Origin: Paramecium tetraurelia
Taxonomy: Eukaryota
Reading direction: 5' to 3'
Length of the DNA stretch: 64,000 bases
Assembly: GCA_000165425.1 (NCBI GenBank)
Contig: CT868396.1
Coordinates: 208,826 to 272,825, forward strand
The translations under genes were made by a program, and so were the position numbers. The notes below the pieces were generated by a model. That model saw only the letters and a list, made by a program, of their open reading frames with translations, searched no databases and had not been told where the DNA came from. Numbering within the stretch: the stretch's first letter is position 1; the number at the start of each line of letters is the position of its first letter. Shown here piece by piece: positions 27,238-41,415 of the stretch.

Positions 27238-29386
27238 ATGTCTTTTGAGGTGAAGAAAAGAAAATTGTAAACTTAACCTCCGGAAGTGCAAAAGTTGTTA
27301 ATAGGAGATAACATGGATTATAGGAATATAGAAATCGTTTAATCAAATAAACCATTAATATTGAGTCCTGACTTGGGTATAATTGTAGAGAAATTCAATC
27401 CTTTGTATGAAATTGCATTTGAGTTTTTGATGTGTGTAGCTGAACCAATAAGCAGATCAGAGTTGATTCATGAATATGTGTATAGATTATTTATAATTAA
27501 GATTGACTTAGATGAGTATGTATACCGCCATGGTGCTCTAGTATTCAGCAGATGATATAATTAGGCTATTAGATCTATTATCAAAAAATAAGGTTCCTTA
27601 GAGAATGGAATAATTTATAAGACATCATACGAATAACATTGGATAAGCGAAATTCTTTTTGCAAGACAAAAGTTATTATATAGACATTGGTGAAACAGTT
27701 TTGAATTAAATAATGATGAATTTGTAGGATAAGAATAGTTTGTAAGAGGTAATCTAAGAAGAATAGATTATTCATAATATTTAAGTGAATCCTTAGTTGA
27801 AGAATTTTGAGTAATAAATAGAGTTAAAGGAAGCAGATATTGAATAAATGGCAAAAGAGATTGATACATTTAAGGATTGGTTGGCTTAAGATAAAATACA
27901 GACTATCAAATTCAAACGATTCAGAATAGTTGGAGATTATTTTGATGTAGCTTAAGCTTTGATTCGTTCATCAGTTCCTCTAATTTAGGAATATGATTTT
28001 ACAAAAGAAAAATAGAAATTAGACATCAATTTGAAACCATCCACTAAACCTAGATTATATTAATTACGAGCAGCAAAAACTGTAATAATGGGAGATTATG
28101 CAAAATCTGGTCTAATTGTATTACCTTGTGGTGCAGGAAAGACTTTAGTAGGAGTACTGTGTATGAGTTTGATTAAGAGTTCGACAGTTATAATTTGTGA
28201 TTCAAATGTATCTGTTGAATAATGGAAGAGAGAAATAGAGGGTTATACTACTATTGATAATAGAAGAATAATACGTGTTACTGGATTCGCAAAAGATAAA
28301 TGGTAAGGTGAATAGCCAATAGTCATTTTAACTACGTATTCTTGGTTAATAGCTCAATTTAGAAATAATTCATCAAGTACAAAGACTGTTTGGAATTAAA
28401 TTTCAGAAGTTAGTTGGGGAATTTGTATTGTTGATGAAGTACATCGATTACCTGCTGTGTAATTTTAAAATGTCTTAAAATAAATAAAGTGTGCTATTAA
28501 GATTGGTTTAACAGCAACTCTTTTGAGAGAGGATCAAAAGTTGGATAACTTGTATTTTATGATTGGTCCGAAGTTATATGAAGAGAATTTAATTGATCTT
28601 ATGACTTAAGGATTTTTAGCAAAACCCCATATTATTGAGATACAATGTGATATGCCACCTATCTTTTTATAAGAATATCAAACTAAAAATAATATGACTG
28701 TCAGATAATTGTTACATACAGGGAATCCTGGAAAATATAAAGCATTACAATTTTTGATAAAGAATCATGAGATGTTAGGACATAAGATTATTGTGTTCTG
28801 TGATTCATTATTAATTCTTAATTATTATGCCCTCTTATTAGGATACCCAGTTATAGATGGAGATTTAAATACTGATGAAAAAAATAAAATCTTTAGTATT
28901 TTCAAGAATTCGAATGAAATAAAAACAATTTTTGTGTCTAGAGTTGGAGATACTGGGATTGATATTCCATCTGCTAGTGTAGGAATTGAAATAGGGTATT
29001 TGGGAGGATCGAGAAGATAGAAAGTATAACGTTTAGGAAGAGTTATGAGACCAAAGCAAAATACAAATCATGAAATTCAAGCATTCTTTTATTCTTTAGC
29101 CAGTAAGGATACAACTGAAAGTGAGTATTCATACAAACGATAGAAGTATATCACAGAATAGTTGGGATTAAATACTGAATTGATATTGGAAGGTGATTTA
29201 CCATATAATAAAAACCCATAGAAATACAAATATATCAAATAAATGAATGAAATGGACTTATTAGAATAGATAATGCTGTCATCTAATGATTTAACAAATA
29301 AAGTAATAGACTAAATTGAGGAGGAGGTTCAAGTGGTAACAAACACTTTTTCTTAGGAATTTGGTGGTGTGTACAAATTTTAGTGA
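27238..29386 (+). CDS. XPB: XPB/ERCC3/Ssl2-family DNA helicase (divergent)
   Basis: [95 protein letters not shown]; one intron near 27479-27503. Confidence 0.93.
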
Positions 29387-29412
29387 TTTTTTTAAATTTT
29401 GTTTTATTATTT

Positions 29413-29949
29413 ATGAATTTAAAAATAGACAATATGTCCGAAGAACAATTAATGGAAGAATATGCAAAGCTGCCTTTTGAATATTTCGCAGATGAAAGAT
29501 GGGAATATTACATTAAAGTACATCCTAATATGAGTTAAAGCGTAATAGCGATTTGCTTAGTATATGATTGGCTGAATTTGTCTACTTATAAGAGAGATGC
29601 TTATGAAATTTCAAGGAGGTCGAAATAGAATGAAATCTTGAATAAGATTCTACTGAAAAAAAAGTAAAGCGCTCTAAAAAAATTGGGCGTATAATTTCAA
29701 ATTAACTATTGTTGTTCATAGTAGATATTCAAATCTAGAGCAGATAAATTGAAAAAGAATTTAGAGGAGCTGTTTCCTTAAATAAGTTGTAATAATTATG
29801 CAATTGGTGGTAAATCTGAGGAAATAGCGGTGTATGCAATTTAAGATAAGAAACCATACTTGATTTGGCATAGTCATGTAGATGAACCTGAAGATATCAC
29901 ATTATTACTTGGAAGACTTGATTAAATATTCTAATAATTTAAATAATGA
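29413..29949 (+). CDS. Hypothetical 178-aa protein with C-terminal Rdx/SelW-like fold resemblance
   Basis: Intronless 537-nt frame; FQINYCCSQQIFKSRADKLKKNLEELFPQI...EIAVY...LIWHS resembles the Rdx-family layout. Confidence 0.65.
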
Positions 29950-31639
29950 TTGCAGTCGAATAATTATTTACTAAGCCTATTCAAGAAATTCAACGAGAAT
30001 AGCAAAATCTCCAGAAAGAAATTACTACTAAGAACAAGGAATTAAAGGATCTCTTCAGCTCCAAATATCACGAACTCCTCAACTGTGCTGATCTACTTAA
30101 TGGCATTAGTGATTACACCAAATAGATTATGTAAAATACATTAACATACCTAGAACGATTACAAATAAAACATAATAAAACATGATGCAGATTAATGAAT
30201 CCAATAACAACAATATCAAATAATAATAGCAAGATCTCAAATGCAAATCCTTTACGTATTTTATGAAAAAAGTGAAGTAATCTATGAAAAATGGATATTG
30301 TTACAATTCACAGATAGCATTATTGTATGCCTAGTATAAATATTAATTGAATGATTCTGAGCGATTGTATCCAATCATCCTATTAGAATAAATAGAGTAA
30401 GAATGCAATCTCAATAATATAATTGATACACTATTGATTCATTAAAATAATCTATCCGCATTCTTTAACAAACTTATTGAATACGGAAGTTTGAATTGTA
30501 ATAATTTTAAAGCTGTAATTGCTGAAATAGATTAAATTCATTCATTTGACAATTACACTTAATTAATACTCCTAAAATAAAACTATATTTAATTGACTAT
30601 TGAACAAATATATGACATACTCATTAATAATCAAATCCCACTCTTTTAAATAGATCAATCCCAAATCGATAAATTCAAACAAAATGTATTATCATAAACT
30701 AAAACTATCGAAGTTTAAATTTTAGAGAAACTAATATAGAATATTGTTTAAAATGGTACATTTAATCATGAACTTTATTAATCTATATAGAAAGAATAAG
30801 GACTTATTCCTTAAGAGATGAAAAATAAAACTGTCTAAATTTGGAAGGATTGGTTTGATTCAGCATTGAAAAATCACTTTGAATAATTATTTTAGATCAT
30901 TGAGAAAGAATAAATCAAATAAGAAAAGGAGTTCTTAGAAGTTTATAAAGCTTATCAAAATAAAATAAAAGAAATAAAAGACATCAGTGATTTAATAGAG
31001 AAATTGCCACACGACGAAATTGAATACAAACATTAGTAGTGTATATAGGATTGTTAAAAAATGGTTAAGGAATATTCGTAATTATTAAATAATATATTTG
31101 AGTAGAATAAAGATTCCTTTCTCATATGTTTTTATTACAATGTCTTAATCTATTAATGGAATGAATAATTACTGAAATACCAACTCGATCTATATTGTGA
31201 ATAGAACAATTAATGGGATTTAAAGGAAATAGACTAACTATTATTTTCCATTTATTAATTACAGAATCAAGAGATTAAGAGAGAAACGATCTCTCAGATA
31301 ATCAAACTCATGTTATAAAAAGTGGACATTTAATTTTCGATTGAATACAGGAACTTGGCTACTGCTATTCATCCAGAGAAGGCGTAAGAATATTACTAGA
31401 ATCTGTTTAAGACTGGAAAGTTCAATAATAAGTCACTGAAGAGGACATCATTAAATCTAGAAGGGATAGATTTATCATTAGAATAACATTTCCATTACTA
31501 CACCATTATATAGCAACAGAAGTAAACTACAAAAGATTAAATAAATGCTTGGACTTAGAAAGCCTAGGAAGTTTAACAAAAATAGTAATAAGAACCACAG
31601 TAATAGACAAGGTTTGGTTTGAATATGTTTTGGAGATGA
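29946..31639 (+). CDS. COG1/Vps51-family tethering complex subunit-like protein
   Basis: MIAVEQLFTKPIQEIQREQQNLQKEITTKNKELKDLFSSKYHELLNCADLL matches the Vps51/COG1 N-terminal pattern; 23-nt intron near 30131-30153; ends ...GLNMFWR*. Confidence 0.7.
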
Positions 31640-31686
31640 AATATATATATATATAGAATGAATATTTTATATTTATTATTTTAAAT

Positions 31687-32416
31687 ATGATGGAAGATGA
31701 ATTCAGTTATTTGTTCAAAATCATTCTTATAGGTATGATCAATGTACAATGATTAGGTGATTCAGGAGTTGGCAAGACTAACTTATTCAACAGATTGCAA
31801 AATAAGGAATTTTAATATGATACCAGACCAACAATAGGAGTGGAATTCATAAATCGAACGGTTAGATAGGATGGGAATTTGGTTAAGTGTTAAATATGGG
31901 ATACGGCAGGATAAGAGAAGTAAGAGAGATTATGTTAAGTGTAGATTTAGAGCAATCACTAATGCTTATTATAGAGGAGCGAAGGGAGTGTTCGTTTGTT
32001 ATGATGTAACAAAATAGGGAACATATGAATCAACATTAAGATGGATGAGTGAAATAAAGTAATTTGGAGATCATGATATTGTGATAATGTTGGTAGGCAA
32101 TAAAATAGATTTGGCAGAATAGAGAGTATGTTTATATTATTTATGAAAGATTGTAAGGACCGATGAAGTGTCATAATTCTGTGAGTAAAATAAGGTTGGT
32201 TACATAGAGACATCTGCATTGAATAACATAAATGTGGAAATGGCCTTTAATTAGATGGTTACAGGTAATCAATCAATTATTATCAATTTAGAGATTTATA
32301 AGATTGTATCTGCTTAGAAACCCATCAGTCAGACTCTATTGGGAATCAATGATGTTTACGTATTGAGGAAAGAGACTCAGCCAGAATAAACAAAGTAGAA
32401 GAAACAATGCTGCTGA
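31687..32416 (+). CDS. RAB11: Rab11-like small GTPase
   Basis: YLFKIILI|GDSGVGKTN, PTIGVEF, QIWDTAGQEK|FRAITNAYYRGA, GNKIDL, ETSAL, C-terminal CC*; four tiny introns. Confidence 0.92.
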
Positions 32417-32423
32417 ATAATAA

Positions 32424-34202
32424 TCACTTCTCAATTAATGAATTATAAATAGCTTTCAATTTAGCATAAAAAACTTCTTTATTTTGTTCTGTCTGATTGT
32501 ATAAGTAATTTTAAATTTTGCTTTGAGTGCATTTCTCATAAAATTCTTCTAGTTTATAGGAAATAATCATATCGCTTAAAATCGAAACACCATCTTTATC
32601 ATAATTATTGATGAGAACTTTTATGCATTTCAAAAGATATGATTTACAAATCTCGTAAAAATATGGTTTGTCAAAATGATCAGGACGATTTTTAACATTC
32701 ATTTTATCGTCTTTCCTATATTAAAAATACTCTCTTTCTTCATCAGTGAATCCCAATGTCTCATTATATTCATTTATATCGTTTGTTGATAGTTTCGTTA
32801 AATTCAATATTCTTGTTTCTAAACCGCTCCCCTGCAAACTCTTTCTGACATCCTCAAATAAGTAATAGACTTGTAATTAGATTCTATCATAGATCTACTA
32901 ATTTTATTAAGTTCCATTTGTCAAATCTTCAAATAGTTTGAAATCTATTGATTCCTAACCTGATTTTGGAGTTTTGAGAGTAAAAATTTAATTGTAATGA
33001 TTTAGAATAATGAGAGATCTAAGATGTAATAAATAATTGCATTTCTCAAAGTTTTACCAATTATTCATAAAATCTTCATTTACAAATTTCATTTAATTAA
33101 AGTATCTAAACATCTCATTAGCAGTTGAAGCACAATGCTTTCCTTTACTTATAATGACATATAAGGTTTCAGTTAATATTGGACCTGCTTATTACTTGAA
33201 ATTCATTGATAGAAAATCTTTGTTCATTTGATATGACAACTTTATTGGTTTCTTACGATCATTCTTCTATTGCATCTATCCCTGGGGTAGAGATTCTAAT
33301 AATTGTTTTATCAATTCATTTTCAAATAATTAATTCCATCCATATCTTTTATTGTGATCCACCTTCAATAATTTATCCAGGAGATCTTTGCATTAATCAG
33401 AGAATGGCAGTTGAATTAATGATTGATTGATAATCTCTTATACCATATCTAATTTGGCCTACTTCCTCTTGTCAGACAAGATCTTTTAAACTGACTTAGC
33501 AGACTAGTTCTACGAAGCTGTCTTATCAGGCTAGATCATCTTAGCTGCCGAGTAGATTTAATTTGTATTGATTTGCAATCTCTCATTTTTTAATATATAA
33601 TATAAGGTCGCTCCCATAGACCATAGATCTGATTTTTCTTAGAATCCATCTCCTCCAAATTCCATTATTGGATCCATATATCCGTGAGTACCATACAATT
33701 AATTTTTCAAGGTTGGAAGTTGATTATCATTGTCGAATATTCTGCTTTCTCCAAAATCTATGATCTTAATCATATTATCATTGCCCAACATCAAATTTTC
33801 AGGTTTGATATCTCTATGTGAGAAATGCATTTCGACACTATTTAAGTCTTCGATGATGGATTTAAATGCACTTACAATTTATGCAAAGATGTTCAGCCTC
33901 TCCAATTCTGATAAATGTGGATTTTGATTTAGATACGAAATTAAATCATTTGAGCAATATTCCAAAATAATTACTCTGTTTCCTTCCCATTCAAAATTAT
34001 CTATCAATTTGATAATATTGATATGAGTCTTAAGAGTTGTGCAAATATTAACTTCATGTAAGTATTATTCTACATTTTTCTTGAAGATTTTCATGGCATA
34101 CAAGTTTCCATCCTTGCTGCATGTGAATATATCTCCATTTACTCCTTGCTTTGGAGGGAATGCTATTAATTTAAAGCCATTTGGAAGAGGATTTTGGTCC
34201 AT
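32424..34202 (-). CDS. Ser/Thr protein kinase with long C-terminal helical region (592 aa, intronless)
   Basis: YAMKIF, HINIIKL, HRDIKPENLML, KIIDFGES, GTHGYMDP, KSDLWSMG; 1779 nt in frame. Confidence 0.9.
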
Positions 34203-34233
34203 ATTAAATAGTGTATTATAATAATAAATAAAA

Positions 34234-37200
34234 TCACATTTTTAATTTATCATTCTCTTCATTAATTAATTATTTCAATTTCATGAATATTTATTAAATG
34301 GCCCTTTAATTTGTGGTCTCTTCACTTTATAACAAATTTTCCTTAAACAAAACTTCCAGGTTCTATTTGTAATTATTAAATTATTACTTTAAAATCAAAC
34401 TTTAAGAAAAACAACCCTTTAGAATGTACTAATAATTAATTACCATCCAGGACGTCATATCTATCATAAAAGCAATCGTATGGGGGGTATCTTACTTACT
34501 TTTTTACGGATTTCATCTTTTCCTTTGTTGATATCTTGAATTTGTAAATGCTCTCAAAAGGAAGATGTTATTAGAATATACTATCGATATTTCCAGGTAT
34601 TTGAACTTATTTGAATCCATTGGAACATATTTCCATAATTTCAATCACTTTGATGATTGGTAAGGCAGTGCTTGAGATCCACAATAGATTGATATTGTAT
34701 ATACATTTTGGACAGTAATTGGCTTGAGAAGTGATACATAATTATTCATATTTCTCATTGTGTAATTATGACTTATATTCTGGCAGACTGGTTGTGTACT
34801 TTAAATTGAGTTGATGAAATCGATCCTTTTACATATCTTTATACTTAGAAACATGTTGTATTCGAATGGCATCAGAATTGAAACATCTAAGTTGTTATTT
34901 CAATTTCTCCATGAATTTATTGAAGTTATCTTTCCATTTCTCATATTATTATTGTCTCAATTTCTTATCTGCCTGTAAGGATTCATTTGGAATAAAGGCA
35001 AGCCCTATTTTCTTGGGTCTCATGAAGCTAATGTTTTCCTCGGTATATTTAGAAGTCCATTCCAAATCACTGAAGATACGAATCAATCCTTTAATGTGAG
35101 TGTCTATCCCTTCGGAAAACAAGATCTCTCTGCATGTGATAGAATTATTCCCATGCAGATTATATCGGTATAATTAGGGGATGATTGCAGAGTCATTTTG
35201 GATGGAAATGTAGCGATGCTTCTTTGTTTCTGCCTTCAAATTATTCTTATTGTATTCTTCGATTTTGTAATTCTACAGTTCGTAATACAGAGTTATGATG
35301 TGTCCACCCTTAATGAATTTCATGGGGTAACTCTTTTATTGATTCTTATAACACTATAACTTACTTCCATATTCATCTTCAGTTTGTTCTCCAGGTTACA
35401 CATATTAATAATTCTCAGACAACAGAATCCCCATTACTTAATCCTCAAATTCTTTGATTCCAATATTATCTACTACTTGTTGTTCACCACTTGTCTTATA
35501 CTACTTCTATTCTTCATAGACCATCACTGACTTCAAGGGACATAGTGGAACGTAGCAGATATTCTTCCAATTCTACTCCATTTAGAATAAGTTCTATTCA
35601 ACTTCTTTGATGTGATTCAACAAATAATTCTTAAATAATTTATGATAAGAATCCTTCATCTAAAATATAAATTAATGGGATTTCCACCCCCACTAATATA
35701 ATTTCCACTTTATTCTATTGTGAGACTTGATCTTCTTCTTCTGGTTGTTCTTAACTATTTTCTTCTCTGTTAATGGTTACTCCTATTGCTCTGGTTTCTT
35801 CTCATAGTATGTCGTTGCAAATATATTCACTTACTACCCAGAATCCACTGTAGGATTATAAGGATTAGGAGCTTCTTCTATTAACATAGAACCCATCTAT
35901 TATTATTTTAATTGATGATCTGTTTATTTTGGATCCTTTATAGAATTCTTTAATATTTCATCGAATTTTTGGAGATCTTCCAATTGATTTAATTTTTATT
36001 TTTGTTCTTAATAACTCAATAAGGTGAAATCCACTTAAGAAAATGAGATGTATTTCTGCTTTTTAAAACAAAAGGGAAGGAGATCATTTTGATTCTGTCT
36101 ATCGTATAGCATAAAAAAGGACCTGAGAAATTCATCATTGTATTTAATTATTTGAATCCAATATGCATGTCTCAGACATGATTACACTTCAGTATCATCA
36201 TTTGCTTATATTATTTTATTCCTATCCTAATAGTTATATTAGCATTTTTCCTAATTTAGATGAGTACTGGTATTCTAAAAATATTTTTATTGAATTTAAG
36301 TTAAGGAAGGAATTGGATCACGTTCTATTGGTAGATTGTGTTCTCTCAAATAGAAGATTGGACCTGTAATATTGGGAATACGTCCAAAACAATTCAACAT
36401 GCATACTATATTATTATTCAGAGCATTCTTCTTTGCAATTTTATAGGTTTTCAAATCTCCAAAGTAATACCCATTACCAGGAGACAGAATCAACAAGAAG
36501 TGACCAGAATTCTTTAAAGATCTAGTTGTATGATCTAGTCTAAAGTTCTAGGTTACTAGAGTAATTGCTTCCAATAGGTTGGAGTACTTGGAACTGCTCA
36601 ATTCTCCTTTGATTGATTACACCTACTTGAATTCTGGTTTCTTCTTCAGATAATCTTTTACAAAAAGAGAATGATAATTATTAATGGTTTTCACATTGAT
36701 CCAAGCAGTCAATTCCTGGATTGTTTGAATTACAGTCTAAGCCAACTAGTCGAATTATCTTAAAGGCTTTTTCTCTGGAACCTTCTTGTAGATGTCTATA
36801 CACACATTCCCAAATTGATCCAATTAGGCATGAGGTGGGTAGGTTTACTCTTGATTGGAATTGTTTATCAATTAATTATACAACTCATCCACAGTCTTAA
36901 TTTCAGGGAAGTATATCCTTGCATAGATTATAATTTCCAATTTATGATTAGTCATTAGTGATTGATTACGTAAATAGTAGACTTTTAAGAATTTCTGCAT
37001 GCTTTCTAAGGCAATCTCTCCTATTGCATCATCTTTGAATGTTTCTTAGGATAATTCGATCAGGATTGCCATCTTGGATTCCAAACTTCTATACACAATA
37101 TTGGTTTCCTCAGTGATTATTCCTGTGTATGCATATTCTTAATTATTAATGTCTCTCATCATCAGCTGAGATATTTAGATCGAAGCTTTAAGAAAATCCC

Positions 37201-37746
37201 CTGCGTATTGGATGATGACATTCTTTTTGGTGTAACAAGTAGTTTTGAGCAACTTTTAATTGATTTACACCATATCTCTCCTAGATAGAAAATGCTCCTT
37301 TACCAATATCTCAACAAAAGACAATTGATAAGTCTTTTCTTATTCATTCACGATTCTAAAATATGCTTAAAATCGCATATTTACATCGTAATCTACTTTA
37401 TATAAATCAGTAATGGTCTTCAATACACTAATCCTCTGATTTTGAGTTTTTACGACATTTGCTTAAGTGACTTAAATTATGAATTTGATAGCCTAATCCT
37501 TCACACTAATTTCTAGATAGACAGGTTAAGTAGTAAAAAAATCTTCGCTTATTTCAATGTCAATTGCATCTTTATAATTATTATCGTGTGTTGACACTTA
37601 ATATGCTTATGTATCCGCAAATTTCATTAATTTCTTGTTTGCTGCTGGTTTGACATCATCATTTGGTTATTACTCTTGTGGCTATTGAGGTACGAATTAT
37701 TTCCATTTCTAGATTTACTTATAAGAATTACATTAGACCTTGCCAT
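34234..37746 (-). CDS. DEPDC5: DEPDC5/IML1/SEA1-like GATOR1 subunit
   Basis: FVEILVKEHFLSRRDM; TGIITEETNIVYRSLESKMAILIELSQETFKDDAIGEIALE; NHKLEIIIYARIYF; SNLLEAITL...DHTTRSLKNSGHFLLILSPGNG: all follow the DEPDC5 NTD/SABA (DUF3608) pattern. Tiny introns near both ends. Confidence 0.85.
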
Positions 37747-37889
37747 TTTTATTTAGAAATTAAATAACTCTGTGGGATTCTGAAGATTAATATGAATTTT
37801 CTTTTATAAATAGTTTAATATGAAATTTTCTTTTATAAATTTGTTCAATATACTTAAATATTCTCCTATTGATTCAAAAATTAAATTAA

Positions 37890-38981
<1,092 letters not shown>

Positions 38982-39008
38982 TTATTAATATACATAAAAA
39001 TCAGTTTC

Positions 39009-40057
39009 ATGAACCTCGACGATGTCTATAATTGGTATATATATAAGCATTGAGATCACAGGATCCTTGGCCATAGTCAAAACTATCCAGGGAAACACCA
39101 GGAATCCCAGCCAAGAACTATTGCATCTTATAAGCCACTTGAAGCAAAAGCTCAATTTCATATAGTCATCAAGGCTACTGCAGAATACATTAAAGAGAAA
39201 ATGCTTAACGGAAATGTAATCATACTGACTGATTACTCTAGGGTGTCAATATGAAGGAGTTAGGAGCATTTACAATGGAAGTTAATTCGGATTATGTTAA
39301 GCCACTCCAACATTCAGGATTTAACATGACTCAAGATCTGGGAATTCAAAGGGCAGAGAGAAAACATGTTCATCAGATAAGGTAGATCATTGTTATCATA
39401 GATCAAGACCATGTTTTGTTCCTGACAATTCTTTTAAATATTTCTTGGCTCGTTATCCAGGAAAGGAGGAAATAACAAAGCCTTTGAGTCAACATTCCAT
39501 ATATCAAAAGGGCTTTGGAATGAACTTCTGTAATGCTGGACCCATTGCTGCATCTTGGTAAGACAAATATTAATGATATCAGTTATTTAGGTAAGGATGT
39601 TGTACAATCCATACACAACTCATTGATCAAGGCCATTCATGATCTTACTAGATTGGGACACAACTTAAATATAGATTTTGGATTCATCAAAATCAGTGTT
39701 ATCAATAGAGACCTAAAATATAAATACGAATAGTCATTTATTAATCGATTAAATTAGACTGATTATGAACTCAAAGTATACAAATATCTTTATTATTATT
39801 TAGATGCGTTAATCTGATTTAGCTACATCTTAACATTGGACAACCACTTACTAAGAGAAATGGTCTAAGAGCACGTATACAGAATTAATTACTATATTAG
39901 TTTAAATAATTTATTGACACGTCCAAATCCAGGTTAAGTACAAGATAATTATGAAAAATCCATGGCATTGAAAATCATGTCACTTGATCTCAACACAGCT
40001 GAAAAAACAGATTATAGCAAAAAGTAGAAAGTGCAATTACCAGCATTAAATAAATGA
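39009..40057 (+). CDS. CCDC81-like protein (HU/IHF-like domains)
   Basis: IKATAEYIKEKMLNGN|GVNMKELGAFTME...IRPCFVPD; second unit ..VVQSIHNSLIKAIHDLTRLGHNLNIDFGFIKISV; about six tiny introns. Confidence 0.7.
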
Positions 40058-40097
40058 GTTTGTTTTAAAAACAATACCAAATATTAATAATTATTTA

Positions 40098-41346
40098 TCA
40101 AGAGATTTTTTTTAACACATATACTTTAAAGATATCTTATTCATCTGTTATGGTTTGACATACATGATATTTGTCTGGTTATTCAGAAAATCCTGGGAAT
40201 ATTTTCATTTCAACTCTCTAAAAATCTGTCGATATCACCAAATTCTTCTATCCAAATTCCATTTGTTTCACTCCACAATTTATTGCTCTTTATTTTAATT
40301 CCCTATTGATAGTGTGTACTCTCAATTCCTATCCATGACATTGGAATAAGAATGTAATAAGATCTGGATCTTTACCAGGAAATCCATATTGCCATTAAGA
40401 CGGAGTGTAACCACCAAAGTATTAGGAGTTCTTTTATTTGCAAATGACAAGAGTATTTGGTTAACCAGTCAAATTTTACCAAAATTGTACTTTTTCATAA
40501 TCTACTTTATGATTGTAAACCAACTCAGCCTTCAGTTATTCATTGTGCTTTTTGCTAATAATTTGTTCTAGTGTTTATAACAACGTACCACATCCCTATT
40601 GATGAACTGGCTTTGGAATCTTAGAAACCTTTCGCAATTCCAAATCTCTCATTGCTGTAATGATTGCCTAATAGGAAGTGATCATGTCATCCACCTAAAG
40701 AGACTCAATATCGGATGAGTTCTCTTGTTTTTATTATTGAATCTAGATGTGAACCTGCTCAGGTGTTAATTTTCTTATGTATCTGAAATAGTCAGTCACT
40801 TTCTATTGAATTATAGAGGAGATGTCTTTCGATTTGACTTAATGTAAATCAGTAAAGAGGTCTTTTATCTTATGGAATTGGAAGGTCTATATAGATATAG
40901 AGAGAGTATTCTTACTTATTAAACAAATACTATTTGCTTGAGTTTGACTTATTGAATCAAGACATCCAATTTGTTAACCAAGCTCTGTATCAGATCTATG
41001 GTGTTCTTACAGATTTCCCTCAGTTTTTGATATTGATCTGCAATAGTGAAGAACTCTGTTTGATAGAAATCAAATATCATTTATTTGACATTCTCATCTT
41101 TGATTAAAGGAAAGAATATTTTACACAATTATTATTCAATCTAGATAGATGTGTACTAATACCTTGGATAATTCTTGGATTCCATGTCTTTAGTAATCTA
41201 ATTAGAACTCATCTAGACACTGAGTACAAACCAATCGAGTGAAGTGTTAGCATTGATGGTTAAGGACAATATACTTGATTTCTTATTGAGGATGTAGAAA
41301 ACACCTTCGTATCTGCATCTTTTAGTTTCCAAAATTAATGAGTCAT
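40098..41346 (-). CDS. TLDc-domain protein
   Basis: C-terminal FWQNLTGQPNTLVICKQKNSQYFGGYTPSQW...DPDLITFLFQ...AINCG...FGQKNLVI; three tiny introns. Confidence 0.75.
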
Positions 41347-41415
41347 TTATAAGAGAAATAGAAATTTGAATAAAATTATGTTAGATTATATTTATCTTTC
41401 TTTATATATATTATC

